A DNA stretch of 64,000 bases, from contig NW_003314289.1 in the NCBI RefSeq assembly GCF_000143415.4, positions 1,668,293 to 1,732,292 of the forward strand, given 5' to 3'. Positions 11,688 through 25,761 of the stretch are shown piece after piece. The stretch is from Selaginella moellendorffii. Its lineage: Eukaryota > Plantae > Lycopodiophyta. Under the pieces are notes generated by a model that worked only from the letters and a program-made list of their open reading frames with translations, searched no databases and was not told the origin of the DNA. Within the stretch, counting starts at the first letter, position 1. Every line of letters starts with the position of its first letter. The position numbers and the translations under genes are program-made.

Positions 11688-13241
11688 TCAGCAGACGCTG
11701 ACCTGCTTGTAGTGGCTGGGTCTACCGTCTGGATATCTCATCAGTGTCATTTTGTAGCCTTCACGCTTGAGAAGCAACTGTTGACTCAACTCGAGTTGCT
11801 CACAAGCCATTTCTCCGGCATGCACACTTGAACCTCGGATGACTTTGGAGTGCAGCAGCATGAACTTGCCATCCGCCAGCTCCACCACCGCGTTGTGCCA
11901 TGGCGTTGGGATGTGGAAGTTCTTCTCCTCGGAAGAACGCTGCGCTGCCACTAGAGAGGAATGGATGATTTTGATACCATACTTGGGGCCTCGATTTGGA
12001 TGCGGATGGATGGAGATGCGCAGCTGCAACGGGAAGAGCCACTCCACCATGGCCGAGTATGCACGGTTCCTGAGGATCATGAGGAAGGCAACCTGGCTGC
12101 ACAGCTTCTTCTTGGCCGACTTTGACGGGAGATTCTTACAACTCTTGTGTTCGTACAAGTCCTCGATCATGAACCTGGAGAAGCCACGATAAAGATTGCG
12201 TGTCTCCGGGTCCTCCTTGATCTCCTTGGTGACGGTTGACTCGTCACAGCCAAACAAGCACATGAGAGCTCGCCTGGCATTCTCTGCGTTCGCGGTGAGC
12301 TCAGTCGCAACGGGATGCTCCACGGTGGTGTTGGAGATAAGCTTTGCAATGTCTCTGTAACTGTGGTTGTCCAGCAGAAACTCATCCAGGCGAAAGAAAT
12401 TGACCAAGCCCGGATACAAGTTGTGTGCCATCTCCCAAAACATCTCGCCATATGAATCCACAGCAGCGTCGTCCGAGCCGACGAGATCGGAGAAGACATG
12501 GCCATCCGAGACGACGTTGTAGTGCACGCCTGGAGCATACACGGCCGTGATGAGATCCGCAACAATCTTCATGGAATGGATGGCCAGCTCCTCGGCCATG
12601 TCCGGGCACTTTCCCAGAGTCTTGTCGGGATTGCACGACTTGACTGGAAATGCCGGCAAGATGAACTCGAGTGGGATATTTCTTACGACGTGGTACCTCA
12701 CCCTGTCTGCGAACCTCTGCTTGCCCCCGCTGGTGAACCACTGGTCGTGCTTTGGGAAGTGGATGTAATTCTTCTCAATGATGTCCACAACTTGCGAGGT
12801 GATGTCGTCCACCTCTTGAGGTGTGTGCGAGCTGAAGGGCTCCAGAAGGCAATCTCTGGTCATGACGCTGTTGTCCAGCAGCAGAGAGGCCAGATACTTC
12901 ATGTTCTCGCTATCCTCCTCCTGGATGAAAACCACGCCCTCGAATCCATTCCCAATGTATCTCTCGTAGACGGTGGCTTCCCACGAAGAGCATGAATCGG
13001 CTCCAAGCATGGAAATCGTGTATCTGTTGATCTCTGGAGCAACGGAGCGTGTGGCTTGCTTGACTGCCTCTAGATCTTCTGCTGTACTCGCAACCATGGA
13101 AGAAAACATGAATTCGTCACTACTGCTCTTCTGAGTGGCAACTTGGGGGACATATCTCCTGGCAGACTGTGAGATGAAGGCAACCTCGCCATTCTCCTTG
13201 TGGATATACAAGAATGCAATCTTGTCCTTTGGAAAAGCCAT
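11688..13241 (-). CDS. Isocyanide synthase, DIT1/PvcA family, copy 3 (517 aa, intronless, chimeric)
   Basis: Same motifs; N-terminal part matches copy 2, C-terminal part and 3' flank match copy 1. Confidence 0.92.
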   Translation of the reverse strand: MAFPKDKIAFLYIHKENGEVAFISQSARRYVPQVATQKSSSDEFMFSSMVASTAEDLEAVKQATRSVAPEINRYTISMLGADSCSSWEATVYERYIGNGFEGVVFIQEEDSENMKYLASLLLDNSVMTRDCLLEPFSSHTPQEVDDITSQVVDIIEKNYIHFPKHDQWFTSGGKQRFADRVRYHVVRNIPLEFILPAFPVKSCNPDKTLGKCPDMAEELAIHSMKIVADLITAVYAPGVHYNVVSDGHVFSDLVGSDDAAVDSYGEMFWEMAHNLYPGLVNFFRLDEFLLDNHSYRDIAKLISNTTVEHPVATELTANAENARRALMCLFGCDESTVTKEIKEDPETRNLYRGFSRFMIEDLYEHKSCKNLPSKSAKKKLCSQVAFLMILRNRAYSAMVEWLFPLQLRISIHPHPNRGPKYGIKIIHSSLVAAQRSSEEKNFHIPTPWHNAVVELADGKFMLLHSKVIRGSSVHAGEMACEQLELSQQLLLKREGYKMTLMRYPDGRPSHYKQVSVC

Positions 13242-13299
13242 GGAAATCAGTGCAGAAGTTGCTAGATTGTGTGCGTAGAAACCACTGCTGCTGTGGATG

Positions 13300-13500
13300 A
13301 GCTAGCAGCTGTATGAATGATTTGTTGAAGCACTAGGGCTTTATATAAGGGGAGTATCTTTGACAAGAGTTTCTACATTTGAAATCGTGTTCAATTTAGA
13401 TTCCTCTTTGGAAGACAAAGTCACATCCTCTCCTTTTTCTATTGTTCCTGGGAAGCTTCGCATGTTTGATCATTCTTGATATTCCTTCGCTCTGTAGTTT
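13300..13500 (-). promoter_or_regulatory. Proximal promoter of ICS copy 3
   Basis: TTATATAA at 13341-13348; atctttgac at 13356-13364; motif blocks colinear with the copy 2 promoter. Confidence 0.5.
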
Positions 13501-13586
13501 TCTCGTCCTGAAACACATGACGCCAATAGAAGAAAATGTAAAGAATGCTAGAGTCTCTGTCTTACGGCTAAGTCGTGCCGCGTTTC

Positions 13587-16500
13587 TCAGTACTGGAACA
13601 GAACTTCAGCAGGGCTCGCCGCCTGAAGGACTCGAGAAAAGTCCAAGACTAGCTCTGGACAAGGACACTGTCGTCAGTCTTTTTGAAACTTCGCTCACCA
13701 ACAAAGCTGACCTTGAAACGCTCGTCTCAGGCGTGTTCGCATGACTGCTGCTACGAATTGCCGCTTGCTTGCTTCGTCCATGACTCCATGCCTTGCTGGT
13801 AGCTCTGAAGAGGTGACAAAGGCACGAAGTACAGGTTCCGTGCTGGCTGGGTGTTCCAGAGCTAGACTGTATAGGATGTCTGCTAAGGCGTCTCTGAAGA
13901 TCACGGTCAGTTGTCCGTAGGCCACGTACCTGACGACTGTCTGTAACGCTGTTAAGTGGCTTGAAAGTGAGTACCACTACAAATGTACCTCTACCAGTCT
14001 TGGTATGCTGGGGACGACAATTTCATTGACATATGGTTTAAGGTCCTGAGAAATCCGCCACGACTCCGTCTCGCTCAATCCTCCCAGAAAAATAGTACTC
14101 GTTATGAACTTGGCAGCATAAACTGCAGGCTCAGAATCACCTCTTTGCAAAACACCTGCCAGAGCTGAAGTCGTAAAAAAAGACACCCAGGAAACTTTAA
14201 AGCTTACCAATGGCACACCCGAAAAACTTTGCCAGCGACTTTGACGGAACAAAAACGAGAGGGATGTCCCGGAGGCAGCTGCTGCCGAGGCTACAAATCG
14301 CACCTAGCGATTCAAAGGCATTGTCTTTGCGCTGTCGAGATTCTTGCTGACTTAAAACCACCAGCTCCAGGAATTCAACGACATCACTGACTTCTTGTAG
14401 GCAGTTTGACAAACAGAAGTGTAGCTCATCGTGCATTGTCTTAGACGACGATACCAGGACAACAATCTGTAAAAATCCACCAATATAAGCTCGACGAAGA
14501 AAAAAACAACAAGAACTTACGCTGCACAAACATTGGATGCAAGAAGGAACGAGGTGCTGCTTAAACATGCCCGTGACAAGTCCCAGCACACGGGGAAGTA
14601 CATCCTCCATCATGACGCCCATTCGAGTAGCCAAAGCTCCCCACAAGTCGCACAAACTTCTAGCAACATCAATGCTTGTCGCCCAGTTTGTCGCTAGAAC
14701 ATCAAGACTACTCCAAATTTCTCGCAAAACTGGCACCGCAGGATGTGCGTCTGATTTTCTCCCAAAGTCCACAACAGCTTTTATCGTTCTCAAGGCACTT
14801 TCCAAAGGTTTGCCATACGCATCAGTAACCTGTAAATAAGCACACGTCATTTCAAGTCAAAACCATCTCCATGCTAGCAAAACTTACTTGCATCACTGAG
14901 CATTGTTTGATTGTAGCCACCGCCGAGGCTGTTAAGCCCTGGATAGTTGCTTCCGATTCATGGACTGGCAATGCAGCGGCAACGGCTGCAAGTCCTTCGA
15001 TCAGCATAACGCTCTCCTTGCTTTGCAGCCCTCCTAATGAAGTAGTGATTGCTGTTTCGCAAGCTCCCATCAGTGGAGACAGAGCACGCACAGCGGCTAA
15101 CTGCGATGCTGATGCTCGGCAAAGTTCACGTAAGGATTCAGCACCGGATGCCTTCGCTGTACACAAGTACAAACCAAAATAATAAGGAGAAAAGTTTAAC
15201 GAGATAAGGAATTTACCATCAGGAACAGCAAGAGCTGTAATGCTGTAGTTCACAGCTTTCTCAAGTGCTACAGGATCGGCAGCAATCCATTCTGAGAAGC
15301 TTTTGAGTAGCCTTGCAGCCGTATTGACAAGCTTCCCAGACGGCCATCTCGCACTGACTGTTAAGACAATGGTCAACAGAAAATTGGTAGCTAAAGCCAC
15401 GAATGCATACCTGATTCCAGAAGATTGTGTCCTCCAAAAGCCCCGGAAAACAAGCTCCTCAAAAGTTCTACGGCAGCCTTTTGAGTGTCAACAGCGGAAG
15501 TAATCTGTTCTCGTAGACAAGAAACTGCATACAGATAGAATTCCGCGTGTTGCCAACAAGAGGCTTGCAGTAAATTGTCAGAAATATACACTATAAGGTC
15601 GCACCTTAGCACCTTGAAACAGGAAGCAATAGCCTCCTCAGCTATGCCATAGCGAAATCTATATCGAAGTACAAAAGTTAGTATCTGCAACAAAAACTGA
15701 CAGCTTTTACCCGCAAAAATCATCGTCGTCTATGTCAAAATCGTCGGAGGGATGCTTTGCAACCTTTGCAAGTGCCTGTAAAAGCACAAAGACTTACTTG
15801 TCATGCTCATGGTTAAGATAATTGATAACCAGACCTCAAAGATAGCCAGGAATATCTTCTCTCGAGGAACATTTACCGAGGAGATGGTGGCGAAACGGGG
15901 CCACGCCACTGCCACCATTGCCGCTCCATCAATACCAAGACCACCGCCGCCGCCGGTTGCATCGATCATCCAGTCGATCAAGAGTAAATCTTCCGGACCT
16001 CCTTTACAAATCAATGCGGGCTCGGAAGCCCCCAGAGCAGCAAGAACGCAGCACAAAGCATGCGAGCGTCGTTGGGAGGAGCTGTTGAAGTACCTTTTGT
16101 AGCTGAGAAGAGCTGCAAATCTGAGTTAAACCAAAACCAATAAACAGGTAATCCTCACCGGAAATAACTGCTCGCACTGCAGCATCCCTGCCTGGAAGGC
16201 AATCGACAGCTGAAATAAGCTCGGACAGCGCTGCAGACGACGCAATCACACAGGACTCGTTATCGGATCCCAGGGAAGCCAGCAGCACATTGAAGATTTT
16301 CGGATAATCCGAGTACGTTTCAGACAAAGTGCCACCACCTTGCAACCTGGAACATCTTAAAAATCAGCTCAGAATGGAGCTTGTTACATACCATCTCTCG
16401 AAGCACGTTAGCGTTTTCTCCAGAAGTGGGACGCTAGTTACATTTTGAAGAAAGCCCAGAACTCGCGGGTAGGATAACTGGATGCATTGCATAACCTGAC

Positions 16501-17139
16501 AGAGAACCTGCATTAGCTCAAGAGATACAAAGAAAAAGAGAAGAGGAGAACTTACTTCCCACGCAAGAGCTCGAGACCTGTGTAGCGTTTCTTCCGCGAG
16601 CGCGATCAACAGTTCTAGCGCCAGAGACACCGCTACCTCGTTTGTCATGTCTGTTTTCTCGATTACATCTGCCACCAGCTAGAAGATCAATCGAAAGATT
16701 AAAACTGGAAGAAAGAACGAAGAAGAAAGAAAGAACGAACCTGGGAGCACGCCTCTCCTCCAGCAACAGCAGCAGCAGCGCTCAAAACGACGCACACCCG
16801 GCTCGCCACGATTCTATCTCCTACATTTTTAGGCAATTGCCAGAGAAGAAGATCGAAAATCTCGTGCGCGTCAATCTCATCCAGCTGGACCCAGTCCGAT
16901 CGCAGCTTGGACAGCAGCAGATTGAGCACGAAGAACTTCACCTCCGCTGATCGTCCCAGCGCGGAGCCATCGGGAGGGAAGGCGAGATACAAGGCCACAG
17001 TCCACATTTGCGGCCTGGAAACGAAGGCGCTCACCCATTGATTTGCCTCCTGCTGCTGCTGCGCGTCCCTGGCATCGAGAGCCGCGGCAATGGCGGCCTC
17101 GAGCATTCCTGCATTCTTGGCGAGCTCCTCCTCCTCCAT
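13587..17139 (-). CDS. Importin-beta family HEAT-repeat protein (importin-13/transportin-SR-like), multi-exon
   Basis: N-terminus MEEEEL...QQQEANQWVSAF...W..AL...EVKFF..NLL.SKLRSDW is IBN_N-like; LELLIALAEE and WQHAEFYLYAV segments; inferred last exon ELVLDFSRVLQAASPAEVLFQY* ends at 13587. Confidence 0.75.
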
Positions 17140-17215
17140 TCTAGCCCTAAAACAGAGGCCTAGACCTAAATTAAAATAAGAAGATTCCCTGAAATTAGGG
17201 TTCTTCGTTACTTCC

Positions 17216-18406
17216 ATGGTAAGTGATGGAATGCGTGCGATGTGGCTCTCTGATCGATCACTGCGCAGGCGGATCCGGCTTCCGTGGCGCAAATCATCGA
17301 TGGGAAGGCAATCGCGAAGGCGATTCATCAAGAGATCGCGGAAGAAGTCGCTCAGCTCAAGGAACAGCACGGCAAGGTAGAACACAGGGCATTTTCTTTC
17401 GTTTTGTAATGTGTTTGTTTCCTTGGTTTGCTCAAGGTCCCTGGATTGGCTGTTGTTATAGTGGGCGAGCGAAAGGATTCGCAGACTTATGTGAGAATGA
17501 AGAGGAAGGCCTGTGCTGAGGTTGGAATTAATTCCATCAATGTGGATCTTCCGGAGAACATCTCTCAGGAAGAGCTCCTGGATCAAGTTCTAGAGCTAAA
17601 CGAGAATCCTGACGTCCATGGTATGTGTTTTCTTTCATAGTTTTCGTGTTGCTCACAAGTTTTAATCGGCAGGGATTCTCGTCCAGCTTCCACTTCCCAA
17701 GCACATCAACGAGGAAGCCATCCTCAACGCCGTAGGCCTCGACAAGGACGTCGATGGCTTCCATCCTTTAAACATTGGAAAGCTTTGCATGAAAGGAAGA
17801 GAGCCATCGTCCATTCCATGCACTCCCAAGGTATGATCATAGAATAATAATGGTGAGTTTCTCATCTCTTGGGACTCGCAGGGGTGCATCGAGCTTCTCA
17901 AGAGGAGCAAAATCCCGATTGAGAAGAAGAAAGCTGTTGTTGTTGGTCGTAGCAACATCGTTGGAATGCCTGCTGCGTTGCTCTTGATGAAGAACGACGC
18001 TACCGTCACTGTGGTTCACTCGAGAACACCCGAACCGCAAGATATTGTAAAGGAGGCTGACATCGTTATTGCAGCTGCTGGCCAGCCACAAATGGTACTT
18101 CGTTTGCTCGCAATCTTTGTTCTTTTCTCTAACTTGGTAGATTTTTTCTTTTTCTTTTCTTTTTTCCAGATTAAAAGAGACTGGATAAAACCCGGTGCTG
18201 CGGTTATCGATGTTGGGACAAATGCCGTGAGTGATCCATCGAAGAAACTCGGCTATAGAATTGTCGGTGATGTGGATTTTGAGGAAGTGAAAACTGTTGC
18301 TGGCTGGATTAGTCCGGTTCCAGGAGGTGTTGGTCCCATGACCATAGCAATGCTGCTACGTAACACCGTCGACTGTGCGAAGGCAGCCTTTGCAAGTGGT
18401 GCCTGA
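17216..18406 (+). CDS. folD: Bifunctional methylenetetrahydrofolate dehydrogenase/cyclohydrolase (FolD), no transit peptide, multi-exon
   Basis: ATG at 17216 followed directly by GTAAGT intron; exons give [57 protein letters not shown]. Confidence 0.93.
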
Positions 18407-18660
18407 TCACAGAAGAAGGAACTGGATCTTTCCAGCAATAATCTCATGAAAGTTCTTGTATCGGCTAGTCGGTCCGGTGAGTTGAAAGGAGGTAAACATT
18501 TCATGTCTGCCTGATTTCGTGGTGAATCTTCTCGAAGCTCTTGCAGTGGAGCTGAAGAGCGTTCTTCGCAAAAAGTCTTCCGAGAAGTTGACAATTTTTC
18601 ACTCCTTGGCTGACATTTGAATTTCTACAGTGTTTTCTTGGCATTGCGAAGCAAGTGGCT

Positions 18661-18915
18661 ATGGCGTGCGGATCCGAGACTACTGTTGCTAAGTTGCGTG
18701 ATGGAAGATCTCTTGCTTACGACGAGTATGGCAGATTGAAAGAAAAGTGATCGTCATCCATGGCCTTCGGAGTTCTCGGCACCATCGTCTCGCGTGCTCA
18801 GAGGTTCTTTTCCTAAGTTTTCTATCAACCTCTCAGGGCCTTGTGTTTTTCTGTTTGTCCAGAAAGAGCTCGGAGTTTACTTGGTCGAATTCCAAATCCA
18901 CAGCGCTCGATCAGG
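18661..18915 (+). pseudogene. Truncated, frameshifted 5' copy of the alpha/beta hydrolase at 25762
   Basis: atggcgtgcggatccgagactactgttgctaagttgcgtgatgg parallels 25762 onward, with deletions; upstream 18420-18660 parallels 25565-25760. Confidence 0.85.
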
Positions 18916-19213
18916 CTTCTACTTGGACTATCCTTGTCTTTCAGATGATGATTGAAACGCAGGGTATGGTTTCTTCATCCTTGCAAACAATTGGATGGGG
19001 ATATTTCAAGAGAAATTCAAGCGGTTGATTGGTGATCCCTGTGATAAGCACCACTGCAGAGAGGGAACGAGGTGGCAATTAAATGTCCTCATTCCCCACA
19101 ACTGCAGCAAATCCAAAAAGCTAGATTTGAAGCTGAAATGGTCCACAGCATCACACTTATTGACTTTCACCATCACACAGGCCTTATGTTTTATCAATAT
19201 AAATTGCAGTATC

Positions 19214-20628
<1,415 letters not shown>

Positions 20629-20904
20629 GGCAGCCGAGTGATGCTAATGGCCTGCCATTACTAATTATATAACCCCGAGCTGGAGAACTCCAAATTGGAT
20701 TTCGTATTCCTGTGTAATGACATGACTCCTCCTCTCATCCAACGACAAGGATGGATCCACGACGCTTCCAGCGCAGCTTCTTATCAGTGTCCTTGGAATC
20801 TTATGTCGAGATCTGGATTGGACTTATGCAAAGAATGTACATAAAATTTATGCCTGGAAACTAGGGTTCTTTGTTAAGTCTGTATGTGCCGCTTTCTGTG
20901 TAGG

Positions 20905-21795
20905 TGGATGGCCATCGCAAAAGTGATTCATCTTCTTTGTTGTTGCTCAAGGTCCCTGGTGTGGCTGTGGTCGTGGGCGAGTGAAAAGGTTCAGACTCAC
21001 GTGAGAATGAAGATGCATCAATGTGGATCTTCTGGAGGACACTTCTCAGGAGAGCTCAAACAAGAACATGGGCGTCTATGGTATTTGTTTTCTTTTCTCT
21101 CTTTCATGTTTCTTCCAAGTTTTAATTCGCAGGCCACTTCCCAAGCACATTAAAGAGGAATACACTTGCATAGTTTCCATCCTTTAACATTGGAAAGCTT
21201 TGCATGAATGGAAGAGAGCCATCGTCTATTCCATGCACTCCCAAGGTATGATCCGAGAAGGATAACACCTCTCCATGAGATCTTCCCAGGTTTCTAATCT
21301 AGTTCCTAAATCTAAAGCTACACTCCAAAAAGATTGCTCTTACCTGGATGTGCCAATCCAAGTAGAATCTGTAAAAGACAAGTTGAAAGATGTTAGTCCA
21401 ATGCCTTTGATCCTTTGAAGGCAGTGTATAAGCTAGGCATTGCAATGAAGAGCCAAAAAGATAAGCAGAATAGAGAATGTATTTTGTATAAGGGATGAGT
21501 TTCAAAACATTCGAAGTCTTACTTTTATAGTCACTACTGGTCATGTCAAGGTTAGGAACACATTCCTAACTTTGATCCTCTCAAGTTTGCATTCCTAAAC
21601 TTAAGTCTCCAAAGTGCATTTTTCTTGGTTCTCCAAGGAGTAAAATCCCAATTGAGAAAAAGAAAGCTATTGTTGTTGGTCTAGCAAAATTGTTGTGTTG
21701 CTCTTAATGAAGAATGGGCCTACTGTCATCTGGTTCACTCGAGAACAAGTGTAGGCTGACATCTTGATTCCAGCTGCTGGCCAGCCACAAATGTT
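20905..21795 (+). pseudogene. FolD pseudogene (decayed duplicate of 17216-18406) with about 370 bp insertion
   Basis: Blocks colinear with FolD, e.g. ctcaaggtccctgg, ccatcctttaacattggaaagctttgcatgaa, aaaatcccaattgagaaaaagaaagct, cagccacaaatg; stops and deletions present. Confidence 0.88.
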
Positions 21796-21949
21796 CCTTC
21801 ACACAGTGAATTTTCTGTTTTTTACCCAAAAAAGATTAGATAAAACTAGATTAAGACCCCCTACAACCACTTAAAAGGAATATATTTTTGGCAATTAAAG
21901 AATAGTATTTAGAATCACACCACTTATCAGCATGAGAACTATGTATGGT

Positions 21950-24900
21950 ATTAGAGAAACTTGTAAGTGTAAAATCTACACCAATTATGAATGAGGAATA
22001 GGAAAGGTAATTAATATTTATCTATAAGATAGCTCTTCAAATCTTAGTGTAGTCAAATTGTAGTTGGTATTTGAAGGGTTTGGAGCAGCTCTAAAACATA
22101 ATTTTTCATATTTTATTAACTATATCAATAATGATATTTTAAAATGATGAATTGTTCCTACATCTCCAAAGCTTTACACTTCTTTTTGTTACCTTTACTA
22201 ATGTTTTAGAGTGTCAAAGTTTAATGGGTACACTAATGTACATAGTAATGTTACTCATCTTGATATCATATATATTACTAATTTTTTCAGACAATATTTT
22301 TCAACTTCATAAGTTATCCATTGGGAAGAAAAATGAGTTCTTCGAAATCTTAAAGGAATTATTAATCATGGGATCACTTATATGCATTTTAAAAATCATT
22401 CTATGATACTAACAGTTTACACTAATTCAAATTGGGCTGGTGTAATTTATGACTCTCATCAATCTAGAAGTGGCTTATGTTTTCACATAAATTCTAGTGT
22501 TGTCTTTTAGTTTTTTTAAGTGTCAACATTGGATAACATTATCTTTTCCAAAAGCAAAATATGTTATAGCTAGTTTAGCCACTCGAGAAATTATATAGTT
22601 TCATAAACTACTTACTAAATTGGGATATCCTCTGTCACTCCCATGTTTTCATACTATGATAATCAATTTATTATTGCTTTGGTCAACTTCACTCGAAGTC
22701 TAAGTATGTTAACATACACTATCAATATGTTTTATTTGATGTATAAAAGAGGAATATTGTTATGGGAAAATTAGTTACTACTTAGGATATAGTTGGTGAT
22801 ATTTTTACAAATATTTTTTCATTACTTTTGTTTTGAAACATTGTGTCAGTCTTAAGACTACAACTGTCATTGCTACCTAAAGGTAAAACGTTTTTTGGTT
22901 AATAGTTTAAGTGAGTTGTTTTTATTAATCTTGTGTTTTATTTGGAAGCTTATTGTGTTTATATTTCTATTAACAAAAGAGATAACATATAAATATAGTT
23001 TATAAAAATGTAAAGTAGTAGAAGACTAGTTGACGTGAAGTTAAAGGGGGATTTAGTCTATTTTGTCTTTATTTGGATATATTTAATTAAGGATTATGTA
23101 TTAGGGATTTCATCAACTAAGGATTAAGTATTTTCATAGTGGCTCTCTTAAACATCATGTAGAGAGAGGATTGTGCCTCTATGAATTGATATTGTTAGGT
23201 TGTATTGCATTTGTTTTTGAGATTCAATGTTTCTTTAGTTTTTAGATTTCATAATGGTTAGAGTTTTTGAGTTCTTGCACAATATCTAATTTGAATATCT
23301 TGGATTTTGAGTGGGGCTAAATTATCTTTAATTTTGATAATCAAAGTTATCTAGGCACTTTTTGAGTATTGTTTGATATCAAAGATTATCGTTCAGTTGA
23401 CAAAGATTGTTAGAATAGGTCAGAAAAGATAATAGATTGTCAAAACAAATTATTAAAAAAGAGTGTGACAATTTTTGTCAATTGAATAAAAATGCTCTTT
23501 GATATTGAAAAATACTCAAAATATGGCCTAGATCATCTTAATCTTCAAAATCAAGGATAGTTTGGTACTAAAGAATTTGGAAAACTCTCATTGCCACTAT
23601 GAAATCCAAAAATATTAGAACAAAGCCAAATATTAAATCTTAGAAACCTATGCAATGCCAAATCATTTAATAAGATCAATTTGTGAAGGCACAATCCTCT
23701 CTCTAGAGAAAGGATAATGATGTTTGAAAGGGCCATAATGAAACTAATATATCCCAAATAATCACTTCAACTATCATGTCCACCCCAAAAAATCACCATA
23801 ACGGATCAATCATGGTAGTATCCAAGGTACATGAGAGTGATGATCTAGTCATCCAAACAAAAACAGAATGGTTAAAAAAAATATAAACCTAAGTACTTAT
23901 ATGAATTATAGTAATTTTCAAAAAGCACTAATAGAGTCTCTTCTCATTATGTGAACTGAATTCCAAAGGATTCAGTCTGTGGTTCAAAATTTTACTATTC
24001 ATATGTTTCTTGCTATAGCTATTGAATTTAATTACAACATTCATCAAATAAATGTATATACAACAATCAGAAGGATAAGAACATTTAGTATATAAGTCTC
24101 AATGCTCACTTTATGGACTAAAATTAGTAGCATGTGCTTGGTTTTATAAGATTTATTTATTTTTTTATGGAGAAAAGTTTCAAAACTAAATATTTAAATG
24201 TAAATTCAAATACTATTTTAAAGGGACACCATACTTTTTTGTGCTTATTGCTTTTTATATTAATGATATTATTTTTATGATGATAGCTTGAGTTTTTTTT
24301 TATCAATTTTAAGTCCCAGTTTAAGCATAACTTTTGATATGGTCAATAGTGGCTCTATACATTATTGCTTAGATATTGAACTCATACATAACCTTGATCG
24401 AGGTATTTTCCTTTCATTTTGTTTTCTGAATTTCATTAAGGTTATCATATTTAATCTGACTCTATTGCACTACATTCTTCTATGAAACTTTCCTATATTT
24501 TGGAATGATGGATTGTATTGTAGTCAAATTTTACATCTCCATTTTATTCACTTTACTATATTAGGGTTATTTGGCTTAGTTCTTCAATACTTTTAATCAT
24601 GGCCTATACTCGTTTTGGAACTTGTTCAATGATATTAATAGCTTACATTGATTCAAATTGGGTTAGTGAAATTCATAACTCTTAGCTCCTATGTTTACAT
24701 AAATTTTTGTGTTCTCTTGGGTTTTTATATGTGAACATTATATAGCAATATTTGCTATAGAAGCAGAATATGTTATAGTTAGTATGGCCACTCAAGAAAT
24801 CATATAACTTCATAAATTACTTATGACTTCAAACATCCTTTATTACTCCCTAAATCTTTATATTGTGATAATCAATTTATTATTGTTTTGCCAAATATTT

Positions 24901-25420
24901 AAATTTTCACTCAACTTTTAAATATATTAATACACATACTATTACTATATTCATTTTGAAGTATGAAAGAAGGATGCCATTATGGCATTAGTTACTACAC
25001 AAGATATAATGGCTAGTCATTTTACAAAGTCTCTTTTGTTATTTTTATTTTTGATTTATATATGGTTTTTTCTGGTATGATATTTTAAATTAGTTTTTAG
25101 TTATTAATTATGTGGGTTTGGCTACAATGTTAGCCATCAGATTGGTTTCAATATTTTTTTTTATATCAACTAGGTTTTCAGGCTAATCAAATATACAGAT
25201 TTTTATATTTCATTTCCATACACTCTATATTATATTTTTAAAGAGAAAATATAAAGAAAATATAAATTTGTGCTCATAAAAGGTGCTTGATAACTCCTTC
25301 AAAACAAAAAGCTATCAAGTGTAAATGGGTTTTAAGGTTCTTTTGATAAGTTTAAAGCTCGGTTAGCTGCAAAAGGATATTTGTAAGTTGTTAGTGTTGA
25401 TTTTCAATATATATTATTTC
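21950..25420 (+). mobile_element. Highly decayed Ty1/copia RT-RNaseH remnants (at least two partial copies)
   Basis: Degenerate YTDSDWAG-like (about 22418, 24640), YCDNQ-like (22655, 24862) and CKWV...KARL.AKGY-like (25320-25380) segments; very AT-rich and CpG-depleted. Confidence 0.75.
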
Positions 25421-25761
25421 CAACTAAAGATTAATCTGGACTTACAGATATAGACTAGATACTAACAAAAACCTGTTATTATCAATCACATCGGAAGAAA
25501 ATAGGGTATAGCCAAAGGAAGTAATATTCAATGGATCATTCATGCATTAGGTAGCAATCAAGAAGGAATAGGAACTTTTCCGAGAATAATCTCACTTGTA
25601 TTGACTTGTCGGTCCTTGAGAAATCTTCTCGAAAGCTCTTGCAGTGGAACTGAATCTTCTTTTTGGTGGACTGAAAGCGTGTTCTTTCGTAATAAAGTCT
25701 TCCAAAGGTGAGCTACTCCTTTTGATTTCTACAGTGTTTCTTCATTGCAAAGCAAGTGGCT

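Noticed and set aside
2998-13241. ICS genes as fungal or bacterial contamination
   Set aside because: They are contiguous with intron-containing plant genes, share flanks containing a plant-type AKR fragment and have TATA promoters; read-level confirmation is still advisable.
16699-17586. 295-aa ORF implying a long N-terminal extension of the importin
   Set aside because: The upstream part is the antisense of FolD exons 1-3; importin-like similarity begins at MEEEEL (17139).
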